Shown one piece after another: positions 1 through 12,818 of a DNA stretch of 64,000 bases. Source of the stretch: Rhizophagus irregularis (Eukaryota); the NCBI RefSeq assembly GCF_026210795.1, contig NC_089434.1, positions 5,456,001 through 5,520,000 of the forward strand. Direction: 5' to 3'. Every line of letters begins with the position of its first letter. Within the stretch, counting starts at the first letter, position 1. The notes below the pieces were generated by a model that worked only from the letters and a program-made list of their open reading frames with translations, ran no database searches and had not been told where the DNA came from. The translations under genes were made by a program, and so were the position numbers.

Positions 1-133
1 TGTTGATATATACAATAGGGTCTTTCTTTCGAAGCTAAATCTCGTTTGTTCAAATCGTGTAAAACATTGAAAATTTTTACTTTAATTGTTTATATTTAGT
101 TTATAAAAGTATAAAATCTTATATAAACAAGTA

Positions 134-307
134 CAGTCAAAGTTCTCTATAGCGAATTTTTATATAGCAAATAATTTGCTATAATGAAGAAAAGTTCAGG
201 TACAGATCTTAGTATTTATAATAAAATGGCTTTTAGTATAGCGAATTTCTTACTATAACAAATTTTAATCTCTGGCCCGTGGGATTCGTTATAGAGAACT
301 TTGACTG
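134..307. mobile_element. pogo/Tc1-mariner-type MITE
   Basis: TIRs CAGTCAAAGTTCTCTATAGCGAA / TTCGTTATAGAGAACTTTGACTG, TA on both sides (132-133, 308-309). Confidence 0.85.
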
Positions 308-721
308 TATAAAATATTTATTTATTTAGTTCTATACTTCTATTTCAAAATATCACTTCGATCATTTCCAATAATTAAATATTTTCTTTCAAAAAAATGT
401 CCATTGTCTCAATTTAATAATTTATTGATGACTCAGATTAAAATTTTTCTAAATTTAGTTTATCTTTTGTTTCTTTTATTCCTTTAAATAAAGTTCTTTT
501 AATAAAGAAAAGTGGACTGATCGTTCTAAGGTTCTAGATTTCTCATTCGTAAACAGTTGATTCATTGATTGTTTGCTTTATTCCGAATTATTTTATTAAA
601 TTATACAGTATACTATATTTATACTATATTGTAATGCAAAAAGATTATTATTGAGAAAACCAAACTCATCGGGCGAAATATTGAGTAGAAAAATTGTATA
701 CAAAATAAATTACTTTATAAT

Positions 722-2095
722 AGGACCCCGCTTACTTCTAATAAAGGTCTCCGGGCAAAATTTCAGATTTACTAGTAATTTTACCAACCTTTCTTATCTC
801 ATAATTTTACCATATATATATAGTGACCTTTTAAAATTATATTAAATTTTACCTTAGATTTTCAGAGACCTAAATTTTTTTAAATATTAAATAAACAAAA
901 TATTTTATAATCATTACAATAAATTTTAAAAATTTTTTATTTTTACGTTTAATTCTTATTCTTTAAAGATAAATAACTTTTATTAGTAAAAAAGTACTTT
1001 GAATTACAAAAATACTATAAAAAAAATCTTAAAGACACACATCTTTAACTTTACTTCGAAACTATTATTCACTTACTTTCTTTAAAAAAATCTAATTAAT
1101 TTTTTTTTAAAAAAAATAAATTCGTAATTGGTATTATTATGAAAAAATGCTCGTACCCCATAAGTATTAATCCAACTGCTATGAAAATATTTATCTAAGT
1201 ATTTTCGACCTTGCCGAACAACTTTACTTAAGCATGAAAAAGTGATTTCATTTGACCAAAGTGCCCAAATTACGCCCTATAATCACTGATCGGGAAAATA
1301 AAAAAAAATTAAAAGTGCGAAAATTGCTCGTATTCCGTAAATATTAAACTGATTATTATGAAAATTAATATTCAGGTAGTTTCGATCTCGCCGAACAATA
1401 TTACTTAAGCTTAAAAAGGTGATTTCATTTGACTAAAATGCCCAAATTACGCTCCGAATTTAATAAACAAAAAACGTAAATTTTAAGTTAATATTAAAAT
1501 AAAAAAATGCTCGTATGCAATAAATATTACTCCAACTGCTATAAAAATTCAAATATAAGTAGTTCGACCTTACTAAACAACTTTCTTAGATAGTAAAATA
1601 TGATTTGATTTAACCAAAGTACTGAAATTAAATTCTGAAGTTGCTAATTGCTGTACGAATTTTTATATTTTAAAAGCTAATTTTTGTAATAATTTTCAAA
1701 AAGATAGTGCTAATGCAAATAAAATTAAAAATATAAAATGGTTTTTACAAGTATAAAGAAGAGAATAAATTTTTTATTTTGAGAAAAAATTATAAAACGT
1801 ATATTACCAAATATTGTAATAATTGTTGTACAATATTTCAAATTAGTATATATAAGGTAAATATTAAATTTTATATACAATTTTACCTTATTATTTACCG
1901 AAACATTTGTAAACTTATATTTGATTTTACCTTATAAAACCGGAAACCTATTTTAACTTTACCTTACATATCCGGAGACCTTTATTTGTCATATATATAA
2001 TTTTACCTTTATCTATTAAGATACCTAAAATTTTTTTTTAATATAAATTTTACCTTATATTTTCGGAGACCTCTATTAGAAGTAAGCGGGGTCCT
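722..2095. mobile_element. Non-autonomous TIR element with AGGACCCC termini, 8-bp TSD and internal ~180-bp repeats
   Basis: ~32-bp TIR AGGACCCCGCTTACTTCTAATAAAGGTCTCCG inverted at ~2064-2095; TTTATAAT on both sides; many TTTTACCTTA subterminal repeats. Confidence 0.85.
1141..1645 (+). repeat. Three ~180-bp tandem repeat units
   Basis: Units start near 1141, 1321, 1501 and share TGCTCGTA, TTCGACCTTGCCGAACAA and GATTTCATTTGAC blocks. Confidence 0.85.
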
Positions 2096-2417
2096 TTTAT
2101 AATTATTTAAAGTTATATTAATATATTAATTTTTATTACAATTGGATAATTATTAAACTATTTATAATTAGTCCAATTATTAAACTTAGTAAAATTTGCA
2201 CTTTTAGTAGTAACTAGTAAGTATAATTTAATAATTTATATCTAAAATTCTTTTATATTAATAAATTGATACTTATTTATATGTTTTTATAAAGTTATAT
2301 TAGTTAAATTTTGAATGTCATAATTGCTAATGTATGCACTTTTATTAATGTTTTAAATCCAATTAACAATAGCTAAAATTGTGAAAATTCATTAATAAAT
2401 ATTAATAACTCTACAGG

Positions 2418-2714
2418 CAGGGTTGGGAATTGTACTAGTACAGTACTAGTACAGTATAGTACAGTACTAAGTACTGTACTTGTACTTGAAAATTTAGTAC
2501 AAATACAATTTTAGTACATACTATTAATAAATTTTATTGGTTAATTTTATAAATATAAACAATATTGATCACATGATATCTACCTAAAATGGTCAAATTA
2601 TATCCTAAAAAGTAATAATTATATTAGTACAGTGTACTTAGTACTTGTACGAAATTTTTACTAGTACAGTACATACTAGAATTTTGCTAGTACAGGTGTA
2701 CTACCACAACCCTG
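2418..2714. mobile_element. hAT-type MITE
   Basis: CAGGGTTG...CAACCCTG termini; perfect 8-bp TSD TCTACAGG (2410-2417, 2715-2722); subterminal AGTAC repeats. Confidence 0.9.
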
Positions 2715-3049
2715 TCTACAGGTATACCATAATGCCATATATGAAATGAACAATCTTAGTAAAATCACTCTATAGTTTTAATCTGATAGGAAATCCACTG
2801 CACTTTAATTAAGCAAAAAGTTTTCTGGATTTTCAAGATTAATAAAATTTATTAGTAAAGTGTATCTTACATCTTATTATACTAATAACTCTAAGTAGTT
2901 TTTATTTTTTATTATTTCTTGCAATTGCATCCATTATATTAATATAAGTATACCTTAAGAATAAAAATATTTAAATATAAGATTTTATAAAAGTATTTTA
3001 AGGTTTTTCTAATAATTTTTTAACAGATTTTTTTGAAATTAATGCTATA

Positions 3050-3230
3050 CAGTCTACCCTTGATATAGCAAAGAAGCTGTTTTATACCTTAAATTCATTA
3101 TAGCATGTTAATGAAGAATTTGAAGAATTTTATTGGTTACTTTGTTATAGCGAATGAAAATTGACATATTTTAATGGCTAAGTGTTATGTGATTCATTAT
3201 ATTAAAATTCGCTATAGGAAGGGTAAGCTG
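3050..3230. mobile_element. pogo-type MITE, degenerate
   Basis: Imperfect TIR CAGTCTACCCTTGATATAGC / GCTATAGGAAGGGTAAGCTG flanked by TA. Confidence 0.7.
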
Positions 3231-4053
3231 TATTTTTATTATAATAATATTAGAAATTAAGTCTTTTATATGTTTATTATAACTACATAATTTAAATTTT
3301 AAAAAAGCTTTACTTTTATATTTAAAAAAAAAAGGTTGAATCATTTGGTTTCAATTTCTTAATATATTTCAACACTTTATTTTTTGAATTATTTAAATCT
3401 AATTATAACACTTAGTAGATATATTACAATATATATAAGACTTTCTTTTTTATTAGGCAAAAGATTAATTGTAAGTATATTATTGTAATAAATTATTTAT
3501 TATAGGATTCTTTACAATAAAAAGAAAGGATTTATATACTAAAATGTTTCAAATATTATAATTTGTTTAAAATTAGCATTAATTAAAAAAAAATTTTTTT
3601 TTTAATTTTCCATATATTTATCATTTAATTCAACAAAATTAATTATAAAGATTTTTATAGACCTTTAATTTATATTAATAAATTATATATAAATATGCAG
3701 ATTTATAAATTATATAACTAGTAATTTTTATTATTATTAAATATAAAATTATTTTAAAAAAAAATTATAAAAATATTAAAATAAATAAAATAAAAATCAG
3801 TTAAATTTTTTAAAAAATAAAAATTTTAATATATATATATATTAATCATATATTTTTCCTAAAAAAATTTCCTAATTCTTAGGAATTTTATACAATTCTA
3901 AATTACCCCTGAGAATCACTCTTTTTGGAATAAAAACTGTAGCTTGTTATTTTCAAATTAAGCAACACATTAAATATTAAAAGAAGGTGGAGCAGCAAAA
4001 TGTTGGCAGTACTTAATTTTTATAAAAAAAAACTATGAAACCTATAAATAATA

Positions 4054-6169
4054 CCGTAAAATCGTGAAAATAAGCACCCCTTGAAAATAAGCACCCCTGT
4101 CGATTTGCAATAGCATTTGTAAAAAATTAAAAATAAGCACCCCATAAGCACCCCGAAAATCGAAAATGCGCAACTACGTAAAATGTAAAAATTATATTTT
4201 TCTACTGGTAAATTGTTTTTTTTATTAGTATTACCAGTACCGTATTTTATTATAATATTTATTTTTTTAAATTTTATAGTAAACGGCTTTATAGGAAACG
4301 GACTTTAGCTTTAAAACGGAAATGTGGTAAGTACAAAAGGAGGACTTTCGGCATTTACTTAAAAAAAATGGTATTAATGTTTCATTTTACACTTATTTTT
4401 TTGTAGGAATATTTTTTTAGTGTATAGACTTCGGTACTGGTACTGATATCGAAATGGAACATAGTAGGTACTATAAAGGGGGAATTTTGGCATTTTGTTT
4501 AAAGAAGCTTCATTAATGTTACTTTTTTGTTTAATTTTTTGTGAGAAATACAATTTTAATAGTTTTGTAACTTGTAACTTGTGGCAGGGTTGTAAATACA
4601 CGACCTATTACAATTTATTGAGAAAATATATTGATAAAAATTCTTTATTTTTAATTGTTAACAATTTCAGTACTATCATCTATTTCATCTAAATTTTCAT
4701 CTTCAATTTCTGCAATTAATTTGTCTATTTCTTCATAAACCATATCATCTTCTGACCCATCTAACAAATTTGAAATAGCACATTTTTTAAATGAATTAAA
4801 AATGATTTGCTCTGAAATAGCATCCCAAGATCGTTTAACCCATCCACACACATCACTAACTCTTGCTCTTTTTAAATTACCAGCTGCAGTTTCACCAGCA
4901 CCACCTTTACACATCCATTCATGCCATTCCTTTCGTAAATTATCTTTAAAAGGTTTGTTTATAGAAACATCTAGTGGTTGGCATACACTAGTTAATCCTG
5001 CAGGAATAACAGCTAAGTGAAAATTATGCTGTTTAAATTTAGTTTTTACACTTTCCTCCAAATGACCCCGGAAAGAGTCATACACCATCATGGCAGGTTC
5101 TTTTGATAAATTTTCAGTCATACGAAATCTAAATAAAAATTCAACATAATTCTTCATTAAATCTGATGTCATCCATCCATTTTCCTGAAACCAACAAATA
5201 ACACCCTTTGGGATAATCTCACCGCGAGGGAGTTGTTTTCCTTTGAAAATACAAATTGGTGGATATTTGGAACCATCTAAATAATAAAATAAAAAACAAT
5301 TATTAAATTTATATAAATAAATACAATTAAAAAAAATCTGAAGTTTATTACCAGCTGAACAAGTTAAAACTACTGTAAACCGATTTTTATCATTTCCAGT
5401 AGTACGAATATGCACTGTTTTATCCCCTTTATTATTAATAGTCATGTTACCCGCCATGTTAAACCATACTGGAGTTTCGTCCATATTATATATGCTATTT
5501 AGATCAAAATTATATAGTGTTCTTAGTCGTATAATATAGCGTCTAAATTCTTCCAATTTTGCATCTATATCTTCAGGTAATTTTTGGGAAATTTTAGTTC
5601 TTCTTCTTAGTGATAGGTCAAATCTTTTCATAAAAGATTGAATCCAAGAAAGAGTTCCCTGAAATTTATCTTCTCCTGCTGGATATAATACTTGCATTGC
5701 AGGTTCTTTAATAATTTTATACATTTGTAATTTTACTGATGTATAATTAACTGCTAGACCTTTTTTTCTTTGTTCAATGATCCAGTTATACAATTTGTCT
5801 TCTGCTTTTGGATAAAAAGCCTTTCTTCCCGATCCAACATGTTTCTTTTTTTTATTTTCTTTCTCCCATTCATCACTTTGTTTAATCCATCTTCCAACCA
5901 TTGGAGCGTTTAAATTAAAATTTCTTGCAGCAGCATTTCTTCCATTTTCTAAAGCATATCTAGCTACTATCAATTTTTCTTCAATTGAATATGAAGTTCT
6001 TTCTCTTACACCTACTTTTTTTTGGGTCATTTCTTTAAAAAATAAAGTGTATTTTTTAGACGCGTAAAAAAAAAGATTATCATAGGGGGTTCGCAAAAAT
6101 AAGCACCCCTATCAATTTTATTAATCACGTGATTGCAAAAAAGGGGTGCTTATTTTCACGATTTTACGG
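4054..6169 (-). mobile_element. Autonomous-looking pogo-superfamily DNA transposon (DD35D)
   Basis: Perfect 29-bp TIR CCGTAAAATCGTGAAAATAAGCACCCCTT, TA TSD, subterminal AAATAAGCACCC repeats, intact transposase ORF. Confidence 0.95.
4651..6030 (-). CDS. pogo-family transposase (Brinker-like DBD + CENP-B HTH + DDE_1), ~434 aa; predicted intron 5277-5351
   Basis: Motifs NMDETP, YDSFRGH, QPLDVSINKPFK, with 35 aa between the 2nd and 3rd Asp; removing the 75-nt GT-AG intron restores TCSADGSK. Confidence 0.93.
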   Translation of the reverse strand: MTQKKVGVRERTSYSIEEKLIVARYALENGRNAAARNFNLNAPMVGRWIKQSDEWEKENKKKKHVGSGRKAFYPKAEDKLYNWIIEQRKKGLAVNYTSVKLQMYKIIKEPAMQVLYPAGEDKFQGTLSWIQSFMKRFDLSLRRRTKISQKLPEDIDAKLEEFRRYIIRLRTLYNFDLNSIYNMDETPVWFNMAGNMTINNKGDKTVHIRTTGNDKNRFTVVLTCSAGNKLQIFFNCIYLYKFNNCFLFYYLDGSKYPPICIFKGKQLPRGEIIPKGVICWFQENGWMTSDLMKNYVEFLFRFRMTENLSKEPAMMVYDSFRGHLEESVKTKFKQHNFHLAVIPAGLTSVCQPLDVSINKPFKDNLRKEWHEWMCKGGAGETAAGNLKRARVSDVCGWVKRSWDAISEQIIFNSFKKCAISNLLDGSEDDMVYEEIDKLIAEIEDENLDEIDDSTEIVNN

Positions 6170-7104
6170 TAATATGATTGAATTAGTGTATTATTGACAA
6201 TTTAAAGTATAATAAAATAAAAAAATTATTTGACATGATTTTCTTTATTGAATTTTACGTACAAACCACAGTTTAATTCAAAAAAGGTGATTCTCAGGGG
6301 TAAAAAAATTTAATTTAGAATTGTGTAAATTCCTAAGAATTAGGAAATTTTTTTAGAAAAAATACATGATTATATATATATATCAAATTTTTATTTAATT
6401 TTATATATTTTAGATAATGAATATTAAAATTGTAAAAATTTATTTATATAAAAAATATATAAATATTATAATTTTAATAATATTAATATATTATAAAAAT
6501 TTTATTATATATTATATTATTATTATATTATTATTCAACTTAATAAAATTGATTATGCAAATTTTTATAGATCTTTAATTTATTTATATATTATATTTAA
6601 AGGTTTTATTTTTTTATTGCATTTATATTATCTGTTATGTTGTGACTCTATAATATGTTACATATAAAGTTAAAAATAACATTTTAAATCCTTTTTGATA
6701 TATTAAAAAAATACATATAGTATAAGGTTTCTTATAGTATATAGTAAGTGCCTTTTTAAAAAATGGAAAATCTTAATGAAATCACATGAACAAAATGATT
6801 GACATAATTAATATATAAAAATTACTAAAAAAGGAAGATACGACATATTTCTATATATTATAAATAAAAATAACTAATAATTTTTATTAATAAATATAAA
6901 ATTATCCAGAAAAAAAAAATATATTATTATAAAAATATTAATTTATAATTCATCTAAAAATCAAAGTAAATTATAAATCAAAATTACTATGTAAAATTAA
7001 AGAAAACAATTAAAAGTATTATTTTATAATTTAATAATTGGATTTCAATGAATTCTTAAACTATTTTATAATAATTCTCAATACCTTTTTAAGCCTTATG
7101 AAAT

Positions 7105-7287
7105 AGTGATCCTATATAATTCAATAGCTACTATTGAAGGATATAGGTGAATTTCATAAGGTAATGGTAGGGCACAGAAGTAATCTTATGGATGGGAAAC
7201 TGGTTTGGAGTTTTAATAAATTAGTTATATACAGATGTTTTTATATTCTTACATATAATTAATAAACTCACAAATTGCACTACCTTG
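7105..7287. mobile_element. Dispersed repeat fragment, internally deleted relative of 49630-50065; CCTTG end resembles a P-superfamily terminus
   Basis: Shares GGATATAGGTGAATTTCATA and TAATAAACTCACAAATTGCA.TACCTTG with 49630-50065. Confidence 0.6.
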
Positions 7288-7535
7288 GTTAAAAAAAAAA
7301 AATTCTCAATACCTTTTTTTAATATTTTATAATTTAGTAATTGAATTTCAAATTTTAATAAATCTTTATTTTATAATTTTCAATATATACCTTTTTTAAA
7401 ATAAAAAAAATATTTAAAATTGGATTGGTATATTATAAAATAATTATAAAAAACTACTTTACAAAAGAAAACCAGATTTGAAATTTGAAAGCTATCCAAT
7501 TCTTAAAAAAATAATTTTTAACAATTATCTTACAA

Positions 7536-7690
7536 GGGTATTACTAAATATCACCAGTAGTGATGGTCACCAGTAGTTAATTTATTGATGTAATGCCGGC
7601 CAGTATTTTATTAGATTTTTAATTCTGGCCAAAAGTATATCATAATGCTGGTATGGTAACCATCACTACTTGTGAACTTTAGCAATACTC
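7536..7690. mobile_element. Mutator-type MITE
   Basis: ~37-bp imperfect TIR; perfect 9-bp TSD ATCTTACAA (7527-7535, 7691-7699). Confidence 0.85.
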
Positions 7691-8035
7691 ATCTTACAAT
7701 ATTAATCCAATTTTAAATATTTTTTTTTATTTTAAAAAGAATATTAAAACTACAAATTGGCTTAAAGGTTCATTAAAATCCAATTACTGAATTATAAGAT
7801 AATGTTTTTAATTATTCTCCCAATTTTTATATAATAATTTACTTTGATTTTAGGTGAATTATAAATTAAAATAAAAAAAATAAAGGCTTAAAAATAAAAG
7901 TTTACAATATATTTGTAAATAAAGTTTTAATTAGTACAAATTAGTACATAAAAAATAAAAAAACTGATATAATCACTAATTAATAAAGTTTTTAAATACT
8001 ATTATTATAGTAATTTAAATCAAAATTATTTACTT

Positions 8036-8373
8036 TATGGATGCGGTGGTGTATTATGTTCGATGGGAAGCAGTCAACACGGTTTGGTTGATGATTGGAT
8101 AAGAAGCATTAAAACCGTTTACCGAAAAATTCGGTGGAATCCTGTGGGTCCGACAAGGAAAAAGCAGATTTACTTGTAGAATTGAATGTTAAACAACAAG
8201 TTCAAAATATTTCTGCTACAGATATTGTTCAAACCGCATGGGCTAAGGGTAAGAAATTGAAAATTCACGGATGAGCTTATCAACTTGATACAGGATTACT
8301 GAAAAATTTAACAGTTGATATATGTGGTGAACAAGATTTATCAAATTTATTAATCATATGTTTCTTTAAATGA
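8036..8373 (+). pseudogene. Beta-class carbonic anhydrase (Nce103-like) pseudogene, C-terminal half only
   Basis: Translates to YGCGGV...GLVDDWIRSIK, then after a frameshift LVELNVKQQVQNI..VQTAWAKG...IHG*AYQLDTGLL; TGA at 8272 replaces the conserved Trp; 5' half absent. Confidence 0.85.
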
Positions 8374-8603
8374 TATCCTTTTGACTTACAGTATTTTTAG
8401 TATTTTTTGAATATGTAAATGCAATGTTTGTATGGTTTATCGGACGTACAGCAAATAAACGCACGTAATTTTTGTTACTAAGTATTTTAATTTTCAGACG
8501 CAGACGCCTTGTTAGTTGTTACATATAAAAATGATATAATTCATATAAAAAACTGGTATCAAATTATTTACAGTATTACTTTCTTGCATGATAAAATAAT
8601 GAT

Positions 8604-8895
8604 AAGGTTTATTATATAAAAAATAAGAAATATACAAATTTTAAAAAAATGAAATTCGTTCCGAATAAAAAAAAAAGAGATTATTCTTAATTTAAAAAGC
8701 AAGGTTTGTCATATAAAAAATAATAAATATACATAATTTAAAAAGTGAAAGTTCGTTCCGAATAAAAAAAAAAGATTATTCTTAATTTAAAAATCAAGGT
8801 TTGTCATATAAAAAATTATAAATATACATAATTTTTAAAAAAAATGAAAGTTCGTTCCGAATAAAAAAAAAAAGATTATTCTTAATTTAAAAAGC
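8604..8895 (+). repeat. Three ~97-bp tandem repeats downstream of the HMG gene
   Basis: TTCGTTCCGAATAAAAAAAAA..GATTATTCTTAATTTAAAAA repeated three times. Confidence 0.85.
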
Positions 8896-8952
8896 GAAAC
8901 AATTATATCTTTATAAAACAATAATTATTATTAAAGCCACAAATATAATAGA

Positions 8953-10074
8953 CTACGAAAAAATATTGAACAAAGGATCGCGATTGAGTGGGATGAACTC
9001 GTTCATTTGTTCTTGAGAAATATTCTCTTGGGCATTATATAGAGAATCTATAAAAAAATAAGGAGAATATTGCGAATATTGTTCAAGAAAGTTAAATCCG
9101 CCTTCAGAATTGAAATTCATTTCTTTAGGTTGTTCAAGAAAGAATCCTCCTTCAGGATTGAAATTCATTTCTTCGGGTTGTTCAAGAAAGTTAAATCCTT
9201 CAGAATTGAAATTCATTTCTTCAGGTTGGTCAAGAAAGTTAAATCCTTCAGAATTGAAATTCATTTCTTCAGGTTGTTCAAGAAAGTTAAATCCTCCTTC
9301 AGGATTGAAATTCGTTTCTTTAGGTTGTTCAAGAAAGTTAAATCCTCCTTCAAGATTGAAATTCATTTCTTTAGGTTTGGATTCTTGTGGGGAAATAGAA
9401 GGAAAAGAATGATTATACGATGATGAATTATCGAAAACTACCAATGATTCAATCGTAGAAAGATTAACATTTGAAGTTTCTAATTCGGATACACAAGTAT
9501 TTTCTAAAGTTGAAATCGGCTGTTTTGACGGAGTTGTTTTACTACGTTTTCTCTTATCATTAGAAATAGGTCTTTTGGGACGATAAACATATCCAGGATG
9601 TGCTTGCATATGTTCCACTTTTTTTCTATCCGCAATTTTTCGCCAACGTAATTTTTCTTCCTCTGTTTCATCTCTCCACATTTTTGCCAATAACTGTGAA
9701 ATTTTTGCATTAGAACGTTCCTTAGTGATCAACTTTTGTTTAGCTCGTCGATATAAAATGAAAGCATTTGGAGGTCTTGGGATTTTCTTGATTGACTGTT
9801 GATAACTTTCATCAATAATTGTATCCTTTTCAATAGTTTTTTTATAAGAAATAGATTTTTTATTTTTTATAGGTGATTGAGGTTTCACCCTCATCGGTTC
9901 AAATGATGTAAAGACAAAATTATCTTGAGTTCTGAAACTATTCTCTAGAGAGGTTGTACAATCAATCATAAAAGGCATTTCTGCCGTATTTAAAGAATTT
10001 TTGGTATTATTTGAAGGAGGAGGAACATCAAACATTAAGAGACGACAATACTTTTTTCTCGCGGCCTCATCCAT
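8953..10074 (-). CDS. MATA/SOX-type HMG-box transcription factor, 373 aa
   Basis: KIPRPPNAFILYR...NAKISQLLAKMWRDE...HPGYVYRPKR; C-terminus has six 16-17 aa repeats. Confidence 0.93.
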   Translation of the reverse strand: MDEAARKKYCRLLMFDVPPPSNNTKNSLNTAEMPFMIDCTTSLENSFRTQDNFVFTSFEPMRVKPQSPIKNKKSISYKKTIEKDTIIDESYQQSIKKIPRPPNAFILYRRAKQKLITKERSNAKISQLLAKMWRDETEEEKLRWRKIADRKKVEHMQAHPGYVYRPKRPISNDKRKRSKTTPSKQPISTLENTCVSELETSNVNLSTIESLVVFDNSSSYNHSFPSISPQESKPKEMNFNLEGGFNFLEQPKETNFNPEGGFNFLEQPEEMNFNSEGFNFLDQPEEMNFNSEGFNFLEQPEEMNFNPEGGFFLEQPKEMNFNSEGGFNFLEQYSQYSPYFFIDSLYNAQENISQEQMNEFIPLNRDPLFNIFS

Positions 10075-12818
10075 TTTTATTTATGATAATAGTTTTTCGT
10101 GATAAGGAAAAATAATTAGCAAAAAGATTTTTGAAAACTTGGATGGGGGAGAAAGCTAAATTAAACTTATACTTATACTCTTTGAAATACGAAAGGATAA
10201 ATATATAATCTTGTGTAAATGGTAATCGTAGTAAACAAACGTAATAGTTCAAAATAATTACAGTTTCGTTTGAAATGTTATCTATCTGATATCATCGTGC
10301 GTAAAAGCTATGATTATTTAATATTTTTAATTACCCAATTTTCATTATTAAAATATTCATTTAATTATGCAACTTATCATCAACAAGAGGAAAGTTATTA
10401 GATAATCTATTAAAAATACAAAGAAAAAAAAAGCAACGATTGTATTTTATTTAACACAAAAAAAATAATATAATAAATATTTATACTTTAATTTCTCTTA
10501 CTAATTTCAAATAAGCAATACAATTATATTTTTTATAAAATGAATTTCAGATCCTGAATTAGACATATAAAACAATGGCGAAATAATAACTAATAATAAT
10601 GCGTGGAAGATTTGTGATTAGATAGGTAAATAATATTATTGTTTCAAGCTTCCCTTAACAACAATTCGAAGATATACCTTATACGTTATTATTGGTTTCT
10701 GTAAATGGAATTTATAATAAGTTTTTTTTCTCAAGATAATGATATACAGATAAAGATTTTAGTTTGAACAATTTATTTATTAATTATTACGTCAACGCTG
10801 ATAAGATAGATACCTGCAATAACTCTTTTGAAATAATACTTTATTACGCGTCCATCTTTCTTTGTTACTGCATTTGATAAAGAGGGAAATGAAGATGAAA
10901 AAGTTAAGATAGACTCTTGATCAGTGGCTTATTATGTACAGTACTTCGAAAAAAATAGTATAAAAAAGTAAAAAAATTAATTTATCAGTAAAAAAATTTA
11001 TGTGCATGAAAATTCTCATCACGAGCATTTATTAAAAAAAGCTTAAAAAAAGTATTACTGGTCGTACAGTTGACCAATAGTACGGACGCTCAAAAAAAAA
11101 AAGTACTGATAATTTTACAGTATTAAATAATTTTAAGTAAAAGCATTATTCGAAATTTATGATTTTAACGTAAAGATAGTATATAATTTCATGATGCGAG
11201 ATATAATAATCTAAAATTTCTCAAAGTGTAATAGATGATACTAATATGTTGAAAGGTTTAAGTCATGTCATTTCACGATGCAAAATAATGTGAAATTTCA
11301 AAGTGTAGAAGATAGTACGTTGAAAGGTTTAAGATTTAATGACAAATTAAATGAGTTCTAAATAATTATTAGTTTCCATCACATATTCCTTTTATATTTC
11401 TTTCATTGTAGATTATAAATTATATCTCTTTGTTAATGTAAGAATATTATCCACCATTTATGCATCATTTTAATTTACAAATACAGTATTCCTAAAATCA
11501 CGTGACTTTGAAATTATCTATTATAATTTCAACCGATATTTTTTGATTTAGGCAATAATTTTAATTCAGGCCGAAAAATTTGAAATTCTATTCATTGAAT
11601 ATGCAAATTTCTAAATTTGTATGTATTATTATCCAATCCAAAGCAAATACTTTTTATTTATTTTATTTAATTTTTTTATTGCCAATAATTGTGCTATTGA
11701 TTATATTAATATTTTAAAAATTCAGGTAAAATTTTTAAAATCTCATAAACTCAAATATGAATTTTACAAAATTAATCAAATTTAAAAAAAGTCAATAATA
11801 AATTAAAAGGTTTTTTATGCCAAAAAAAGAAAAAAAATATTTTTCTTTAAATTTAATAAATGATCAACAAAAATTAAATTCTTGAAAAATCTTCTTAATT
11901 AAAAATACCTTACTATCACTTAAATAAGAAAAACTTAAGCTTTTAATTTCCTTTAACAATTTCCATCAAAAAATGGTTAAGAGATCAATAGATAAAAAAT
12001 GTAGTTAATTTCCTATTTACAATTTAATAAAGTATATTATTTTTGATTAAAACTATAAGAAATTTTAAATATTTTCAATATAATTAATTAGAATTCTATC
12101 ATAAGTTAATATATTTATAAAAGTAATTTATATTCAACTCCTTGTATAATACTTTTTGAATATGATAAATATATAAATTTTATAGAATAAATATTAAAAT
12201 TTTACTACTAAATTTTATTAAATAAAAATTTATGATATATATTTAATTTGTAATATATTTATTTATTTTCAAAACCAATAATTTGTATTACTATACAATA
12301 AAAAAAAATTAAGAATAAAATTACTATTAAACCCAAATTAAAGATTAATCTGCTAAAATTTAAAAATATTAAAATTTAAACAAAAATTACAAAAATTAAG
12401 AGAATAAAAATTATTTTTAAAAATTAAACACAAGTTATAGTAGAAATAAATCTATCAAAAAATTAAATATAAAACTACTACTAATAAACTAAAAATTAAA
12501 ACTAAAAATATACTATAAAAACAAATAATATAAATTATCATAAAATCAAAAATCAAAAATAATACTTTTTATATAGATGTAATTATACAACTATTTGGAA
12601 ATAATTGAAGTATTAATCTTAACCAAAAATTAAGAATAAAAGTTATAATAATAAACTTAAAAAATAAGAATAAAAATTTCTACTAAATTAAAAATAAAGA
12701 ATATAAAAAATAAAAATTCTAAAGGTTAAGAATAAAGTTAAAAATAAAATTTAAAATTAGAAATAAAATTAAAAAAACTATAAGAATTAAAATTAAAAAA
12801 AAAGAAAAAAAATAATAA

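Larger units (their letters stand above)
3830..6385. mobile_element. Older foldback element interrupted by the pogo transposon (ends approximate)
   Basis: ~110-bp inverted arms at ~3830-3940 and ~6268-6385 (TTCCTAATTCTTAGGAATT...CCCCTGAGAATCAC and its reverse complement). Confidence 0.7.
6940..7870. repeat. Decayed foldback with inverted arms hosting further insertions
   Basis: ~6940-7060 is inverted at ~7765-7870; ~7390-7430 is inverted at ~7700-7740. Confidence 0.55.

Noticed and set aside
6031..6096. N-terminal extension of the transposase ORF
   Set aside because: Non-ATG start adjacent to the subterminal repeat; the ATG at 6030 is more plausible
9070..9423. Plus-strand repetitive ORFs
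   Set aside because: Antisense shadows of the HMG gene repeats
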